Assembly (NCBI GenBank): GCA_964016885.1
Contig: OZ024743.1
Location: forward strand, 231,880,001-231,944,000
Direction: 5' to 3'
Length of the DNA stretch: 64,000 nucleotides
From: Eledone cirrhosa
Taxonomy: Eukaryota
Numbering within the stretch: position 1 is the stretch's first letter; each line of letters begins with the position of its first letter. The notes beneath the pieces are model-generated. The model was not told the DNA's origin. It was given only the letters and a program-made list of their open reading frames with translations, and ran no database searches. Below are positions 62,060 to 64,000 of the stretch, piece by piece. Made by a program: the position numbers and the translations under genes.

Positions 62060-64000
62060 GAATGCCATGGTTGACGGAGGCTCGGCTCTGTAAGGTATAG
62101 TAATTTTTAACCGTTAAAACAATTGTAAATTGTTTAAAACTTGAACCAAATTGTTGATAAAGACACCCTCCTCCTCGTGAGAGGGGTCTTTCTGTCCGTT
62201 ATTTGGCCCTTCGGGGTTAAATAACCAGTTATTGGGGTTTTGTACCCAAAATTTCATTTTAAACAAAAAAACAACATGGCTACGAAAAAGAAATTTCATA
62301 CGTCACTCCCACTCATTCCGTCTTCTTCCTCAATCATCACTACAGCAGAGAGAAGATTGTCTCTCTCCCTCCCTTCTCTTTCGCAAGTGACGAAAGAAAA
62401 GAAAAGTCTCGTGCAAAGCGTGCAAGGTTTCTCCACGACGACGACAGCGACGAAACAGGTGTGCGGGAAATACGAAAACCCAGTTCATTCGTCTGACGTC
62501 AGGAATAATAGCAGTAGCAGCCGTAATAACAACAGCAACAGTGACAATGAAAACAACAGTAGCAGCCGCAACAGCATCACCAGCAGCATAAACAACAACA
62601 GCATTAGCAGCAGCAACACCAACAACAACCACAGCAACAGCGGCGGAGGCAGTAGTCGTAGTACCTGCAGCAACAACAAAAGTACCAGCAGCTCTGACGA
62701 CAACAACAACAGCAGAGAAAAACCAATCTCATTTGCAGGTATTGCGAAAAACTTGGAAACAATCCTCATAACAAATGAGGAATTAGAGGAAGCGAAGAAG
62801 ATGGTGACAAAGAACGGACACCGAGCAATCTGCAAGGCAGCGGAAAAATTTTTCGAAACCCAAGAGCACTGTACGGTCACGTACCGTACAGTAAGTACAA
62901 AATCCCGTAGGGTGGAAAGAGCCACAGAGGCCCAAATACAAAAAGCCTTGGGGTCTGTGTGGCAGCGGAAAACGCACATCACCCGAGGCAAAAAATATGC
63001 CACCGTAGACGTACTTTTTGCCACACCCCAGGAGGCAAAGGCCCAATCAGTAGTGACCCTAAGGAGCGAGGAAATGGTGTTGGTGCCCTCCTACTGCGGG
63101 CAAAAAATTGTGAGGGTCAAACTGACCCACGTCCCCCCCCCCCCCCCGGAATGACCCCTTCTTGGCTGGCCGCGTCTGTCCTCGTCGGAATCGAGGACAA
63201 AACAACTGTACTGCAAGTACAGAAAAAAGTAAGAGAAGATTGGGTCGGCTCCTCCATTGAGATGCTAATCCAAACCAACCAGGAGTGCATCGAAGCTATC
63301 CCGGATGTGATAGACTTCGATAACGGCACTCAACTGCCCATAAGTGTTGAGGGCAAACGCCCGAAATGCTTTCGCTGTGGATCGAAGACTCACCTCAGAG
63401 CCTTCTGCAACGAGAAGACCCTGAGAAAGGAGAAAACCCCCCTCCTTCCGAATCCGGCTCCACGGCTACCAGCAACAGGACAAGCGGCAACCAGGAACGA
63501 TAGGTCCGTGGCACCCATACCCACTCCACGGAAATCAAAAACAGCAGCAGCAGTGGAAATATTAACAACAACAACAGCAATACCAAATGCAGCTGCAACA
63601 GAGACTCCAGTGCAAATATCACCAACAACAACAAGTGAAAGAGTGGAGCTGGTACCCCTCCCCCACCTCACAGAATCAGACATGGAGTGTGAGGTGGGAG
63701 AGGGATGGCAAAAGGTCGCAAGAAGGCACAAACGCAGAAGCAGCGCATCGTCGCCTTTGAAAAGGGAGGAAAGAAATGAGAAAAGGGTAAAGTCTACTGC
63801 AAAGAGACCCACAGCAGCAACACCACCAACAACATCACCACCCACACTAGCACCACCATCACCACCGGCGACAACCCCACCGCCAACAACACCTTCAACA
63901 CCACCACCACAAGCACCAACATCGCAAACACAACAACAAAACACACACACCCAGCAACAACGACAAGAAAATAGCAGAACCACACCCCACCCCCAGAAAA
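62060..64000 (+). mobile_element. 5' part of another Tx1-clade LINE (ORF1 from 62276), running off the window
   Basis: CTVTYRTVSTKSRRVERATEAQIQKALG is homologous to ORF1 near 52710; CFRCGSKTHLRAFC knuckle near 63368; frameshift at poly-C 63133-63147; preceded by (TTA)n. Confidence 0.85.

Noticed and set aside
42798-63985. Antisense and alternate-frame ORFs overlapping the LINEs
   Set aside because: Shadow ORFs of GC-rich or low-complexity retrotransposon coding sequence; they recur only because the elements are repeated.

Overview
Eukaryotic, AT-rich, microsatellite-dense genomic DNA. The SINE and repeat content suggest an octopus/cephalopod, which is an inference. I recognise no host protein-coding gene; every credible coding segment belongs to a mobile element. 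(1) 0-37 kb is dominated by Penelope-like elements (PLEs) and their derivatives. Several distinct families of type I hammerhead ribozyme (HHR) can be read directly from the sequence. The clearest case is a six-copy, 310-bp head-to-tail array at 2164-4062 with one intact HHR per unit, a candidate non-LTR retrozyme that could yield 310-nt linear or circular RNAs. This part also holds two decayed PLE RT/GIY-YIG bodies, fold-back pLTR structures, a nearly intact CR1-type LINE, tRNA-derived SINEs, RTE and Helitron remnants, a solo-LTR-like insert and two Tx1-like LINE copies in (GATA)n. (2) 37.8-64 kb is a continuous stack of eleven retrotransposon-related segments, with ten (TTA)n tracts at their junctions. 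R4/Dong-like RLE elements lie on the minus strand and Tx1-like APE elements with recognisable ORFs lie on the plus strand. Two unrelated endonuclease classes therefore appear to share one microsatellite target in opposite polarity.
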